From positions 236,016 to 275,942 of the forward strand of contig JAUHXC010000011.1 in the NCBI GenBank assembly GCA_030427205.1: 39,927 nucleotides of DNA. Reading direction: 5' to 3'. Positions 1-7,181 of the stretch are shown here, in pieces. The notes beneath the pieces were generated by a model that was not told the origin of the DNA, made no database searches, and saw nothing but the letters and a program-made list of their open reading frames with translations. This stretch comes from a bacterium. GTDB taxonomy: Bacteria; Myxococcota_A; Bradymonadia; UBA7976; UBA1532. The translations under genes and the position numbers were made by a program. Numbering within the stretch: the stretch's first letter is position 1; every line of letters begins with the position of its first letter.

Positions 1-246
1 TCCGCTGCGGACACGGCCGAGCGGGCGGGAGACGCACAGACCGGGCTCGTGCTGCACGGGCTCATCGGGCACGCCACCGCCGAGTTGATGGGCAGCACGC
101 GGCATCCAGGGTGGCGGGCTGCCGCCCTCGACCTGCTCGACCCGGACGGGAAGACCGAGCCGCCCATCGGCCGGGAGGACGCCGTCCGACTCTTCGCCCT
201 CGCCCTGGGTATCGACCCGGACGCCGACGAGCCCGATGCGGGGTGA
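1..246 (+). CDS. Partial CDS (3' end), paralog of gene 5041..5478. Partner protein of the sigma-like gene downstream. Function unknown.
   Basis: Reading frame is open from position 1. Translation (…TGLVLHGLIGHATAELMGSTRHPGWRAAALDLLDPDGKTEP…LFALALGIDPDADEPDAG) is about 75% identical to the C-terminus of ORF 5041..5478. Same ATG..TGA overlap with the next gene as in the second copy. Confidence 0.5.
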   Translation, partial: SAADTAERAGDAQTGLVLHGLIGHATAELMGSTRHPGWRAAALDLLDPDGKTEPPIGREDAVRLFALALGIDPDADEPDAG

Positions 247-865
247 CGCGGTAGCACGGCGCATGCTGGCCGCCCTCCTGCGGCTGGAGGCTGAACCATG
301 GCCCGGGGGCTTGCGGGCCTACAGCGCGATGCTGGTGGCGCTATCGAGCCGCTGCGAGCAACACCGCGCGGCCAAGGGTGAGATCTACGACTGGCTTGAG
401 CGGGTGGCCGGCGGTGCCCTCGTGGTTCGCAACGAAGTGCGCCGCGAGTGTCTGCGCGACGCCTTCCACGAGGCGGTGGCCAGCATCGACGGGTTGCTGC
501 TGCACTTCCGGGCCGGGCTGCGGGATGACCGACGGCCGAACCTGCGCTCCATGCTCGTCGCCTGGATCGTGTGGCGGGCCGGCGACCTGCGCCGGTCGCT
601 CCACCAGCGCCACGATGACCGGCGCTCTCGGGGCGTAGACGCCACGCTGCACCTCGCCGTGACGCCCGTCGCCGACAACCCCGAGACCACCGTGATTACC
701 GCCGACATCGCCGCGATGCTGGCCGCTGACGGCTCGCCCGCTGCCCGTGCGCTACTGCTCGTCGGAGCCGGGTACAGCGTCGCCGAGGCCGCCCGCAGGA
801 CCGGTGCCAGCCGGCAGCAGGTGTACCGGGCTCGGGGGCTGCTCCGGGAGACTGTCGACGGGTGA
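236..865 (+). CDS. Sigma-70 region-4-like HTH protein (divergent ECF-sigma-like or LuxR-type regulator), paralog of 5464..6088.
   Basis: C-terminal ...ARALLLVGAGYSVAEAARRTGASRQQVYRARGLL is a classic sigma-70 region 4 / HTH signature. About 60-65% identical to 5464..6088 over the whole length. Its ATG at 236 overlaps the upstream stop at 244-246. Confidence 0.55.
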   Translation: MRGDAVARRMLAALLRLEAEPWPGGLRAYSAMLVALSSRCEQHRAAKGEIYDWLERVAGGALVVRNEVRRECLRDAFHEAVASIDGLLLHFRAGLRDDRRPNLRSMLVAWIVWRAGDLRRSLHQRHDDRRSRGVDATLHLAVTPVADNPETTVITADIAAMLAADGSPAARALLLVGAGYSVAEAARRTGASRQQVYRARGLLRETVDG

Positions 866-937
866 ACCGTAGGGGCACGCCGTCGCGCCTCCATCCTGAT
901 GAGCGGCAGCCGGCGGGCTCAGCCGCCACGACGGCCG

Positions 938-1000
938 TTTACACAACGCATGTGTACGCAAACAAATGTTGCGTATACACTGTCCCATACATAGGACAGG
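938..1000. promoter_or_regulatory. AT-rich regulatory island with two small palindromes: GTACGCAAACAAATGTTGCGTATAC at 954..978 and CTGTCC-N8-GGACAG at 980..999.
   Basis: Local GC drops sharply in an otherwise 70% GC sequence. The inverted repeats were read directly. The region sits between the sigma-like gene and ORF 1022. Confidence 0.3.
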
Positions 1001-1021
1001 ACGCAAGCCGCGTTTGGGGGT

Positions 1022-1627
1022 ATGGTCGGCCTCATGAAGACTTCACGCCAGATCGTATTGGATACCGAGGGTGGCACGGTCACCATCCACGGCTTGGAGG
1101 GGGCTGACGCCTGCCTTCGTGCCGCCATTGCGGTACAGGCCAGCCTCGGAACCATGCCCGTATACTTCGCTGAGCTTATCTCGGCTGCGCCGAGTGCGCC
1201 CATCCAGCCGGCCCCCGAGCCGGCGGTTCAGGAGCCTGTCTCGGGGAAAGGGGTGTCCACCGCGGACACTCCAGCGCAGGCCCCGAGTCGCCCTGCGCCC
1301 ATCCAGCCGGCACGAGAGCGCGCAGAGGCAGCGGGCCCCAGCCGCCGCAAGCGCAGTCAGCCTGTGATGCCTTTCGTCAAGAAGCTCATCCGGCAGGAGC
1401 CCAAGATGTGGCTGTCGGCTTCGGAGATCATGGAGAAGTGCGAGGGGCTGGGCTGGGAGAATATGGCGCAGAATGCGCGTGGGGCCGAGTCGGTGCGCCG
1501 GGCGCTGGATCGCGCCATAGAGCGTGGAAAGGCGCCTATTCGTCGTCGAGTCTCGCAGCACGACAACCGGACACGGCTCTACTGGCTCGGGGAGTCCGAG
1601 CCGCCGGAGTTGCCAATGCGCACGTAA
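1022..1627 (+). CDS. Hypothetical protein with a Pro/Ala-rich linker and a C-terminal possibly winged-helix-like region. GC3 is lower than in the neighbouring genes.
   Basis: ORF of 201 aa with GGGGG 5-6 nt upstream of the ATG. Atypical codon usage (many A/T-ending codons) suggests foreign origin. No recognisable family. Confidence 0.4.
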   Translation: MVGLMKTSRQIVLDTEGGTVTIHGLEGADACLRAAIAVQASLGTMPVYFAELISAAPSAPIQPAPEPAVQEPVSGKGVSTADTPAQAPSRPAPIQPARERAEAAGPSRRKRSQPVMPFVKKLIRQEPKMWLSASEIMEKCEGLGWENMAQNARGAESVRRALDRAIERGKAPIRRRVSQHDNRTRLYWLGESEPPELPMRT

Positions 1628-1820
1628 TACGCGAACGGCCCAGCGTTGCAGCGCTGGGCCGTCCTAAGAGACTGAGCTTCGCGGGTTGACCCGTGAGACC
1701 ACGCCTCAGGTAGCGCTGAAACGGTCTCACAGCATGGTGCAGGGGTCAATAGGGGCTCGCCTTATTCTCCGGTCGCAGAATCTGCGCGCCGGAGGAGAGG
1801 ATATTCCCAAGCTGAAAGTC

Positions 1821-1848
1821 GCGGGTTCGAGTCCCGTTTCCCGCTCCA
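1821..1848 (+). other. tRNA 3'-end-like fragment: T-stem GCGGG, T-loop TTCGAGT, stem CCCGT, acceptor 3' strand TTCCCGC, discriminator T, CCA. Putative integrase attachment core. No foldable 5' half was found upstream.
   Basis: GGTTCGAGTCC is a canonical T-loop, followed by 7 nt, a discriminator and CCA, then immediately by a terminator. The sequence resembles the 3' end of tmRNA/tRNA genes. The upstream 60-350 nt could not be folded into a cloverleaf or a tmRNA. Confidence 0.5.
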
Positions 1849-1852
1849 CTAA

Positions 1853-1876
1853 GCCCCCGATTTCGGGGGCTTTTTT
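1853..1876. terminator. Rho-independent terminator (GCCCCCG-ATTT-CGGGGGC-TTTTTT). Bidirectional: it also ends the convergent integrase gene.
   Basis: Perfect 7-bp GC stem, 4-nt loop and T6 run read directly. The integrase stop codon lies inside the T-run on the other strand. Confidence 0.75.
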
Positions 1877-3158
1877 ATTTCGAACCTCCTGAGCCAGTGC
1901 CCGCGGAGGGCGAGGTGTTACCGGAGGTGTTACCGCTGGTGTTACCAGCCGCCGAGGCGGCCTCGACGAGCGCGTGCATGCGGTTGACCGCGTCGAGCTT
2001 CGCCTCGGGGTGGATGCCGGCGTAGAGCGTCGTCATCTTCTCCGAGGTGTGCCCCATCTGGGCCCGCACGACCGGCCCGGCGACGCCATCTTCGACCAGG
2101 GTCGTATTGACCGTGCGCCGAATGACCTGCGGCCCGCACCGCGTCGGGATGCCCGCCGCCTTGCCCGACAGCCGCAGGATCTTCTGCAGCGACGAGCCGT
2201 GGCGGTGACCACCCGTATCGGCCGGGAAGACCAGCCCAGCCGCCAGGCCGGGGTGCTGCTCGCGAACCAACCGCATGCGATGGTCGTCGAGCACCTCCCT
2301 GATCCGGTCAGTCAGGGCGACCTCGCGGGGGTTGTCGGTCTTGGTCAACTCGACATGGCCCCGCCAGACCGCCCGGCACACGTTGATCACCCCGCGCGCC
2401 GGGTCCAGGTCCTCCCACTTCAAGGCGTACAGCTCGCCGACCCGCAGGCCAGAGAAAAAGAGCATGTACACCTCGGCGTGCCACTGCGGGTAGTCCCGCT
2501 TCACCGCGTCCAAGAGCGCGCCGATCTGCTCCGGGGTCAGGGTGACCCCCTCGCGCACGTTGCGCACCTTCGACTTCGGCGGGCTCACCCGCGTCGTCGG
2601 GTCCGGCAGGCCGAACTCGGCCGCCATGTCCCGCAGCATCGTCGCCAGCACCCGGTACCACGACCGCAGAGTCGCCTGGGCGTACGGCCGGTCGAAGCGG
2701 TTCTTCTGCTGCTGCGCCCACCCGATCCAGCCGACGACGTCGGCCCGGGTCAGCTCGTCCACCCGCAGCGAGCCGATCACCGGGACGACGAATCGCCCCA
2801 GCACGTCGGCGTAGTGCTCACGAGTGCTCGGTTTCAGCAGCGACCGCTTCGTCGCAGCCCAGGACAGTACGTAGTCGGCGACGGTAGTCGTCGCCGCCTT
2901 CGGACCGCGCCTGTGGGCTGCGCTCGGCCGGACCTCGACGGCCGGCGCTTCGTCCTCGGCCAGCTCGGCCGCCAGCTCGGCGACCAGTGCTGCTCGGGCT
3001 CGCGCCGCCTCGTCGATCGACAACTCGCTCGGCAGCGCCCGCCGCCTCGCTTTCCGTCGTCCGTCGGCGTCTCGTTGCGTGGCCTGGATCCACCAACCTC
3101 CGTTCTCGAGCCGGAACACGCCGGCATACTTCGTCTTCGTCTTTCGCATCTTCGCCAT
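1875..3158 (-). CDS. int: Tyrosine site-specific recombinase (phage-type integrase).
   Basis: 427 aa. N-terminal arm-binding-like KYAGVFRLENGGWW. C-terminal catalytic region GLRVGEL … VIRRT … MGHTSEKMTTLYAG (R…R…H…Y arrangement). Adjacent and convergent to the tRNA-like fragment. Confidence 0.9.
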   Translation of the reverse strand: MAKMRKTKTKYAGVFRLENGGWWIQATQRDADGRRKARRRALPSELSIDEAARARAALVAELAAELAEDEAPAVEVRPSAAHRRGPKAATTTVADYVLSWAATKRSLLKPSTREHYADVLGRFVVPVIGSLRVDELTRADVVGWIGWAQQQKNRFDRPYAQATLRSWYRVLATMLRDMAAEFGLPDPTTRVSPPKSKVRNVREGVTLTPEQIGALLDAVKRDYPQWHAEVYMLFFSGLRVGELYALKWEDLDPARGVINVCRAVWRGHVELTKTDNPREVALTDRIREVLDDHRMRLVREQHPGLAAGLVFPADTGGHRHGSSLQKILRLSGKAAGIPTRCGPQVIRRTVNTTLVEDGVAGPVVRAQMGHTSEKMTTLYAGIHPEAKLDAVNRMHALVEAASAAGNTSGNTSGNTSPSAGTGSGGSK

Positions 3159-3756
3159 TGACCATCTCCTCGATGGCGTCCCGGCGTCGCGCGACGACAG
3201 CGCCGGTGAGCTTAGGGTCGGGGCGGTGGCCGGCGCAACGTGTCAGGAACGCGTCGACGGTCGGGGCCCGGAAGAGCCAGCGCCCGCGGGGCCCGGCGCG
3301 GCCGTCGGGCACGAGCAGGCCCTTGGCGATCCACGACCGCACGGTGGAGGTCGACCCGGCGTGGGTGTAGGCGACGACGTCCTCGACGGTCATCCAGCGC
3401 GGAGGCTCGGAGGCGGGCATTCCGGGCACCCCGAGCCCGCCGGTTGCCCGGAATGAGGCCATCGGCTGGGGCTGTGCGAGCCCGAGGTGCTCGACGATGC
3501 TCGCCAGCATCGTCTCGGCCCGGTCGAAGGGGCCGACCGGGTCATCGGTTCGGCTACCTGCCGCCCACCACCAGCCGACCTCCCCTTCGTGGATGCGCAC
3601 GGTGGCCGCGTCCGCCCCAGCCCCTGGGCCATCCTCCTTGCCCACCCGCACCGCGTAGCCCCAACGGTCCAGGCTGAGCTGGAGTTGGTGGACGTCGAAT
3701 GCGGCCCCGGTGGTGAGGCCGGTGTCGTGCAGCCGAGCATGGGACGGACGCGCCAT
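2818..3756 (-). CDS. Fusion-type protein: N-terminal module homologous to a repeated module of the giant protein (ends in FRATGGLGVPGM), followed by an excisionase/AlpA-type HTH (MTVEDVVAYTHAGSTSTVRSWIAKGLLVPDG…GRWLFRAPTVDAFL). The 3' end is uncertain: the ORF runs about 340 nt into the integrase gene out of frame.
   Basis: ATG at 3756 with GGAGA 4 nt upstream. The segment GWWWAAGSRTDDPVGPFDRAETMLASIVEHL…FRATGGLGVPGM aligns with GWYWSRAWSGDFDGVGPFDRASAMLASLVERL…FRATGADGVPGM of the giant ORF. The HTH_17/excisionase-like motif follows. No in-frame stop before 2818. Confidence 0.5.
   Translation of the reverse strand: MARPSHARLHDTGLTTGAAFDVHQLQLSLDRWGYAVRVGKEDGPGAGADAATVRIHEGEVGWWWAAGSRTDDPVGPFDRAETMLASIVEHLGLAQPQPMASFRATGGLGVPGMPASEPPRWMTVEDVVAYTHAGSTSTVRSWIAKGLLVPDGRAGPRGRWLFRAPTVDAFLTRCAGHRPDPKLTGAVVARRRDAIEEMVNGEDAKDEDEVCRRVPARERRLVDPGHATRRRRTTESEAAGAAERVVDRRGGASPSSTGRRAGGRAGRGRSAGRRGPAERSPQARSEGGDDYRRRLRTVLGCDEAVAAETEHS
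3418..3455. repeat. 38-bp palindromic element, copy 1 (CATTCCGGGCACC-N12-GGTTGCCCGGAATG), in frame inside gene 2818..3756. On the minus strand it encodes FRATGGLGVPGM.
   Basis: Read directly. Arms are reverse complements, with one mismatch in this copy. Confidence 0.8.
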
Positions 3757-3767
3757 GCTCTCCACGA

Positions 3768-3795
3768 TACGGAGGAGAATCGATACGCGGACAAG
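3768..3795 (-). promoter_or_regulatory. Conserved 28-bp upstream motif, copy 1 (plus strand TACGGAGGAGAATCGATACGCGGACAAG), 12 nt upstream of the ATG of gene 2818..3756. Putative promoter/operator.
   Basis: Same motif at 26419..26446 and 27303..27330. Each copy is upstream of a minus-strand start codon. Confidence 0.45.
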
Positions 3796-3946
3796 CCCTT
3801 AGACCAGCTGGCAGGTCGCGGTTGGTGCTGGTTGCCATTCCGACCCACGGATCAGTCAGGATTGTGAAATCGCCATCGGGACTCCGGTCCGCCATGCTTC
3901 ACCTGAGCAGATTCTGCATCCCACCAGCAGGCACAGTGGAGGGCCT

Positions 3947-4570
3947 ATGGACTTCGACCCAGGGCAATCGGAAGCACAGCGCGGCCGACTCATCGCCGAA
4001 CGGCTTCGCCGACCCGACGTCCAAGAAGTCAGAATCCGCGCTGCTTTCGGCTCGTTTGCAATCCCTGTGGGCCCAGGTGAACCGGTCACAGCAGACGAGC
4101 ACGGTTTGGGCGAGGAGTCGGCGGCCATGGTCTCACTGCTCAACCAGTGCGAGATCACGGTTAAGGCGCTACTCCACCCCAGGAGCTACGAAGACGGTGA
4201 TGGCTTCCGCCCGTGGCGCTCATATGCGGTTGGTCTGCTCGACGCCCTGCAGAACCCGGCCTGGAGAAAGCTCGACGTCGTCTACGATCCCGAGCCGACC
4301 GACACGAACCTCATTGTCTTCGGACAGAGCGAGGCCTGGGTCGGTCTACGTTCATCGAGGAGCCGTCGCTATGAATGGACTCTTCGCAGCCAGGGTCCCG
4401 ATGTGCAGGGCTTGACCGCGGACTTCGATATGGCATTCGAGCGCAGTCTGAACCTCATCGATAGGGCGAGCAGTCGTGAAGTAAATGGGGCGAGCAGCCG
4501 TGGACAGCGGCTGCTCGACGCGCGGGCTGATCTCGTAGGACGGCTCCGCGCTCTGCTTGGAGATGGCTAG
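3947..4570 (+). CDS. Hypothetical protein (207 aa), in a lower-GC patch.
   Basis: GGAGGG RBS 6 nt upstream of the ATG. Coding-like codon periodicity. No recognisable domain. Confidence 0.6.
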   Translation: MDFDPGQSEAQRGRLIAERLRRPDVQEVRIRAAFGSFAIPVGPGEPVTADEHGLGEESAAMVSLLNQCEITVKALLHPRSYEDGDGFRPWRSYAVGLLDALQNPAWRKLDVVYDPEPTDTNLIVFGQSEAWVGLRSSRSRRYEWTLRSQGPDVQGLTADFDMAFERSLNLIDRASSREVNGASSRGQRLLDARADLVGRLRALLGDG

Positions 4571-4604
4571 CGGAACACGGTTGAAGTCCGTCTGGACCGT
4601 ATAG

Positions 4605-4871
4605 CTACTCCTCCATCGATTGATCTGGCAATGGCTCGAACAGCTCCTTCACGTCGATAAGCAGCACGGCGGCCAGCGCGCCTATTGTCCGGACGTACAC
4701 ATCGCGCTCGGGCTCGTTCAGCAGCCGCTGAATCGTGCGCGGCGAGACCCCAGCTCGTCGGGCCAGCTTGGCCGTGGAGATACCGGTCTCCTCGATACGC
4801 ATCGCCAGCCGCTTGCGGACGCGGGCCAGGGCTTCGTCGGCGATGATCTGCGGGTCGGCCATGACCCGCAT
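4605..4871 (-). CDS. XRE-family (Cro/CI-type) HTH transcriptional regulator.
   Basis: …ETGISTAKLARRAGVSPRTIQRLLN… is a typical HTH_XRE signature. Small size (88-100 aa). Divergently oriented from the sigma-like module with a palindromic operator between them. The start could also be at 4862 or 4907. Confidence 0.75.
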   Translation of the reverse strand: MRVMADPQIIADEALARVRKRLAMRIEETGISTAKLARRAGVSPRTIQRLLNEPERDVYVRTIGALAAVLLIDVKELFEPLPDQSMEE

Positions 4872-4914
4872 CGTACGCGCGGCATGATTGGCGCGATATT
4901 CCGCCAAATGTAAC

Positions 4915-4946
4915 CGCCTATCCGGTCATATATGGCCGGATAGGCG
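4915..4946. promoter_or_regulatory. 32-bp near-perfect palindrome CGCCTATCCGGTCATATATGGCCGGATAGGCG. Candidate operator in the divergent promoter region between the XRE regulator and the sigma-like module.
   Basis: 11-bp perfect arms (CGCCTATCCGG / CCGGATAGGCG) around an AT-rich core, read directly. Lies in a 170-bp intergenic region between divergent genes. Confidence 0.55.
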
Positions 4947-5040
4947 TTCACTTCGTTCGCGGTTGTCGGTAACGTGCTCTTGCCGAGGGCCCGAGCTGCC
5001 CGTTCGGGTCCACCGTCGGCGACGACAATTGGAGGACACC

Positions 5041-5478
5041 GTGACGATCGATGGTGGATCGGCGCTCGAACTGCGCCGACGGATAGGAGACGTGTATCTG
5101 GGCGACGAGCCCCCGCCCGGGACGAGTCGGGCGACCTGGTTGACGACGGCGCTGGCCCGCGAGCCCGACAACCTCGAGTTTCACGCGATGGCCCGCGACT
5201 TTCTCGCCGTGATTGTGCTGTACAGGCGCCTCGCTGCCGCGCTGGACGCGGTGGAGGACGCGCCGACCGGGCTGGTGCTGCACGGGCTCCTCGGCCACGC
5301 CACCGCGGAGTTGGTCGGCGCGACCCGGGAGCCTGGATGGCGAGCGGCTGCGCTCGACCTGCTCGACCCCGACGGCAAGACGCAGGCGCCCCTCGACCAC
5401 GACGACGCAGTCCGGCTGTTCGCCTTCGCGCTGGGCCTCGACCCTGACGCGGACGGGCCGTCCGATGCGACCCACTGA
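5041..5478 (+). CDS. Hypothetical protein, partner of the sigma-like gene and paralog of the partial CDS 1..246. Could be a cognate anti-sigma or co-regulator (inference).
   Basis: GTG at 5041 with GGAGG 8 nt upstream. C-terminal 65 aa about 75% identical to 1..246. Its stop overlaps the ATG of the next gene. Confidence 0.6.
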   Translation: MTIDGGSALELRRRIGDVYLGDEPPPGTSRATWLTTALAREPDNLEFHAMARDFLAVIVLYRRLAAALDAVEDAPTGLVLHGLLGHATAELVGATREPGWRAAALDLLDPDGKTQAPLDHDDAVRLFAFALGLDPDADGPSDATH

Positions 5479-6088
5479 CCCCGCAGCCGAGCGAATGCTG
5501 GGGGTCGTGCTTCGGTTGGAGTCCGCGCCCTGGCCGGGCGCGCTGTCGGCTTACGGAGCCAACCTGCTCGCGCTGTCGACCCGGTGTGAGCGGCCAGCGG
5601 CGAAGGCCGAGATCTATCGATGGTTCATGCGCGAGGGCGGCGGGGCGCTCGTATCTCGGCATGAAGAACGCTGCGCTGATCTCCGCGACGCCTTCCACGA
5701 GATGGTCGCCAAGATCCCGTGGATCCTGCTCCACTTCCGGGCGGGCCTCGACGCGGACCGGCGGCCGAACCTCAAGTCGATGCTGGTCAGGTGGATCGGC
5801 TGGCGGGCCAACGGCCTGTACGAGTCGCGGCAGCGGCACGCCTCCCGGCGGGCACCGTATCGGCTCAGTGATCAGCTCGCCCCCGGTGGGCCCGACATCG
5901 CTGCCCAACTCGGTGAAGTCCTCGCCCTCCTCGATGGGGCCGACCCGGTCACCCGCGCCCTGCGCCTCGTCGGCCTCGGCCACACGATCGCCGGTGCGGC
6001 CCGCCTCACGGGCGTCAGCCGCCAGAAGATCTATCGAGCCCGCTCGGCCTTGCAGGCGAAGGTCGAGGACGAGCCCGATCGGGACTGA
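5464..6088 (+). CDS. Sigma-70 region-4-like HTH protein (ECF-sigma-like or LuxR-type), paralog of 236..865.
   Basis: …RALRLVGLGHTIAGAARLTGVSRQKIYRARSALQAKVE is a region-4-type HTH. Collinear homology with 236..865. Translationally coupled to the upstream gene. Confidence 0.65.
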
Positions 6089-6102
6089 TCCAAGCCCCCG
6101 GC

Positions 6103-6957
6103 TCACTCGTCTCCATCAGCCGATTCGTCGAACGCCTCTGGCATCGGCCGGTTCCACGTCTCCAACACGAGATCGCTGACTTTCACCGCGACCGCTCCTG
6201 GGAACGGGCCCTTCGCCTGCCTGATCATCCGAGAGACGCTGCTCCTCGACGTTGGCCACTTCGTGTCCTGCGTGATCTCGGCGATCTTCGGCGCGCCGAG
6301 CCCCTTGCCCCACATGCCGAGGCAGGGGCGCATCGCGATCGTCTCCCGCATGCGGCCGACCTTGGCGAGCCGGCCGTAAGCGTTCTCGGGTTCGGCTGGA
6401 TCCATCGACGCGCTGAGCCGGGGCACGTAGCGGATGAGGTCGGCCCGTGATTTGGCTCGGTTCATCCGCTGAAGTCGAGGCCCTGCCCCTTCACCAGCGA
6501 GGCTGAGCTTCGCCAAGTGTCGCCAAGGCGCGACGAGAGGAGCAGCTTCCGCTTCGAGTGGTGGACGCTCCGCAAGGCGTTCGATGAGTTCCCGCGAGAT
6601 CTCCCGGTACGCACCCGGCCCGTCCTTGTCTACGACCTTGGCGGCCAGCTTCATGGTCCCGCGGGCGATCGCGTCGAGGATCATCACGTCGCAGTGGGTG
6701 AGGTCCGCGATGATCTCGATGCCGCATCGCGTGATCATGTCCTCGGTGATGCCCTGAATCATGCGGGACAGGTCGGTGGTCCCGTAGGTTTTGACCGGAT
6801 GCGGAAGCGGTCGCAGACACTTCGCGCAGATCTTCATCTTCGATCCGTAGCGCAGGTGCGTTTTCTTGCAGATGCGGCAGGACAGCTTTGGATCGAGATC
6901 CTTGCGCCGTTTGAGGTCCCCGCGCTTCTTCTTCGTCTTGCTGTCTGGCGGCTTCAT
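6103..6957 (-). CDS. Hypothetical protein with an N-terminal zinc-ribbon-like Cys cluster (CRICKK…CAKC). Lower GC than the surroundings.
   Basis: 284-aa ORF. CxxC…CxxC near the N-terminus. Last gene of the long minus-strand gene train. Confidence 0.55.
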   Translation of the reverse strand: MKPPDSKTKKKRGDLKRRKDLDPKLSCRICKKTHLRYGSKMKICAKCLRPLPHPVKTYGTTDLSRMIQGITEDMITRCGIEIIADLTHCDVMILDAIARGTMKLAAKVVDKDGPGAYREISRELIERLAERPPLEAEAAPLVAPWRHLAKLSLAGEGAGPRLQRMNRAKSRADLIRYVPRLSASMDPAEPENAYGRLAKVGRMRETIAMRPCLGMWGKGLGAPKIAEITQDTKWPTSRSSVSRMIRQAKGPFPGAVAVKVSDLVLETWNRPMPEAFDESADGDE

Positions 6958-7181
6958 AGGGTAGATCGTAGGGCGGCAGATCGGGCCTTTTCCGCATATT
7001 TTGCAGGCTGTTACGCGATTGACGGCACCCTGACGTCTACGGCGCCCTATGTGCCCGAATAGGATCTACCCTGTGGATCCCTCCTGACGAGACACCGAAC
7101 CCTCGGGTCGAGCCGAAATCAGGGCCTCTTCAGAACTTCGCGTGCACGAACCCGTTCGCGGCCACCGGGCTGTGGGTCCGA

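Noticed and set aside
1686-1850. Possible complete tRNA or tmRNA gene ending at the CCA at 1848.
   Set aside because: Only the T-arm, acceptor 3' strand and CCA (1821-1848) fold canonically. No complementary 5' acceptor strand, D-arm or anticodon stem could be found within 60-100 nt upstream, and no tmRNA tag-reading-frame or pseudoknot signatures within 350 nt. Reported as a 3' fragment instead.
1974-3161. 395-aa plus-strand ORF.
   Set aside because: Antisense to the well-supported integrase gene. Arg/Pro-rich with no motifs.
4718-6106. 462-aa minus-strand ORF.
   Set aside because: Overlaps the XRE gene, the palindromic operator and both genes of sigma-like module B on the opposite strand. 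Extremely Arg/Gly/Pro-rich. The plus-strand genes have RBSs and a paralogous copy supporting them.
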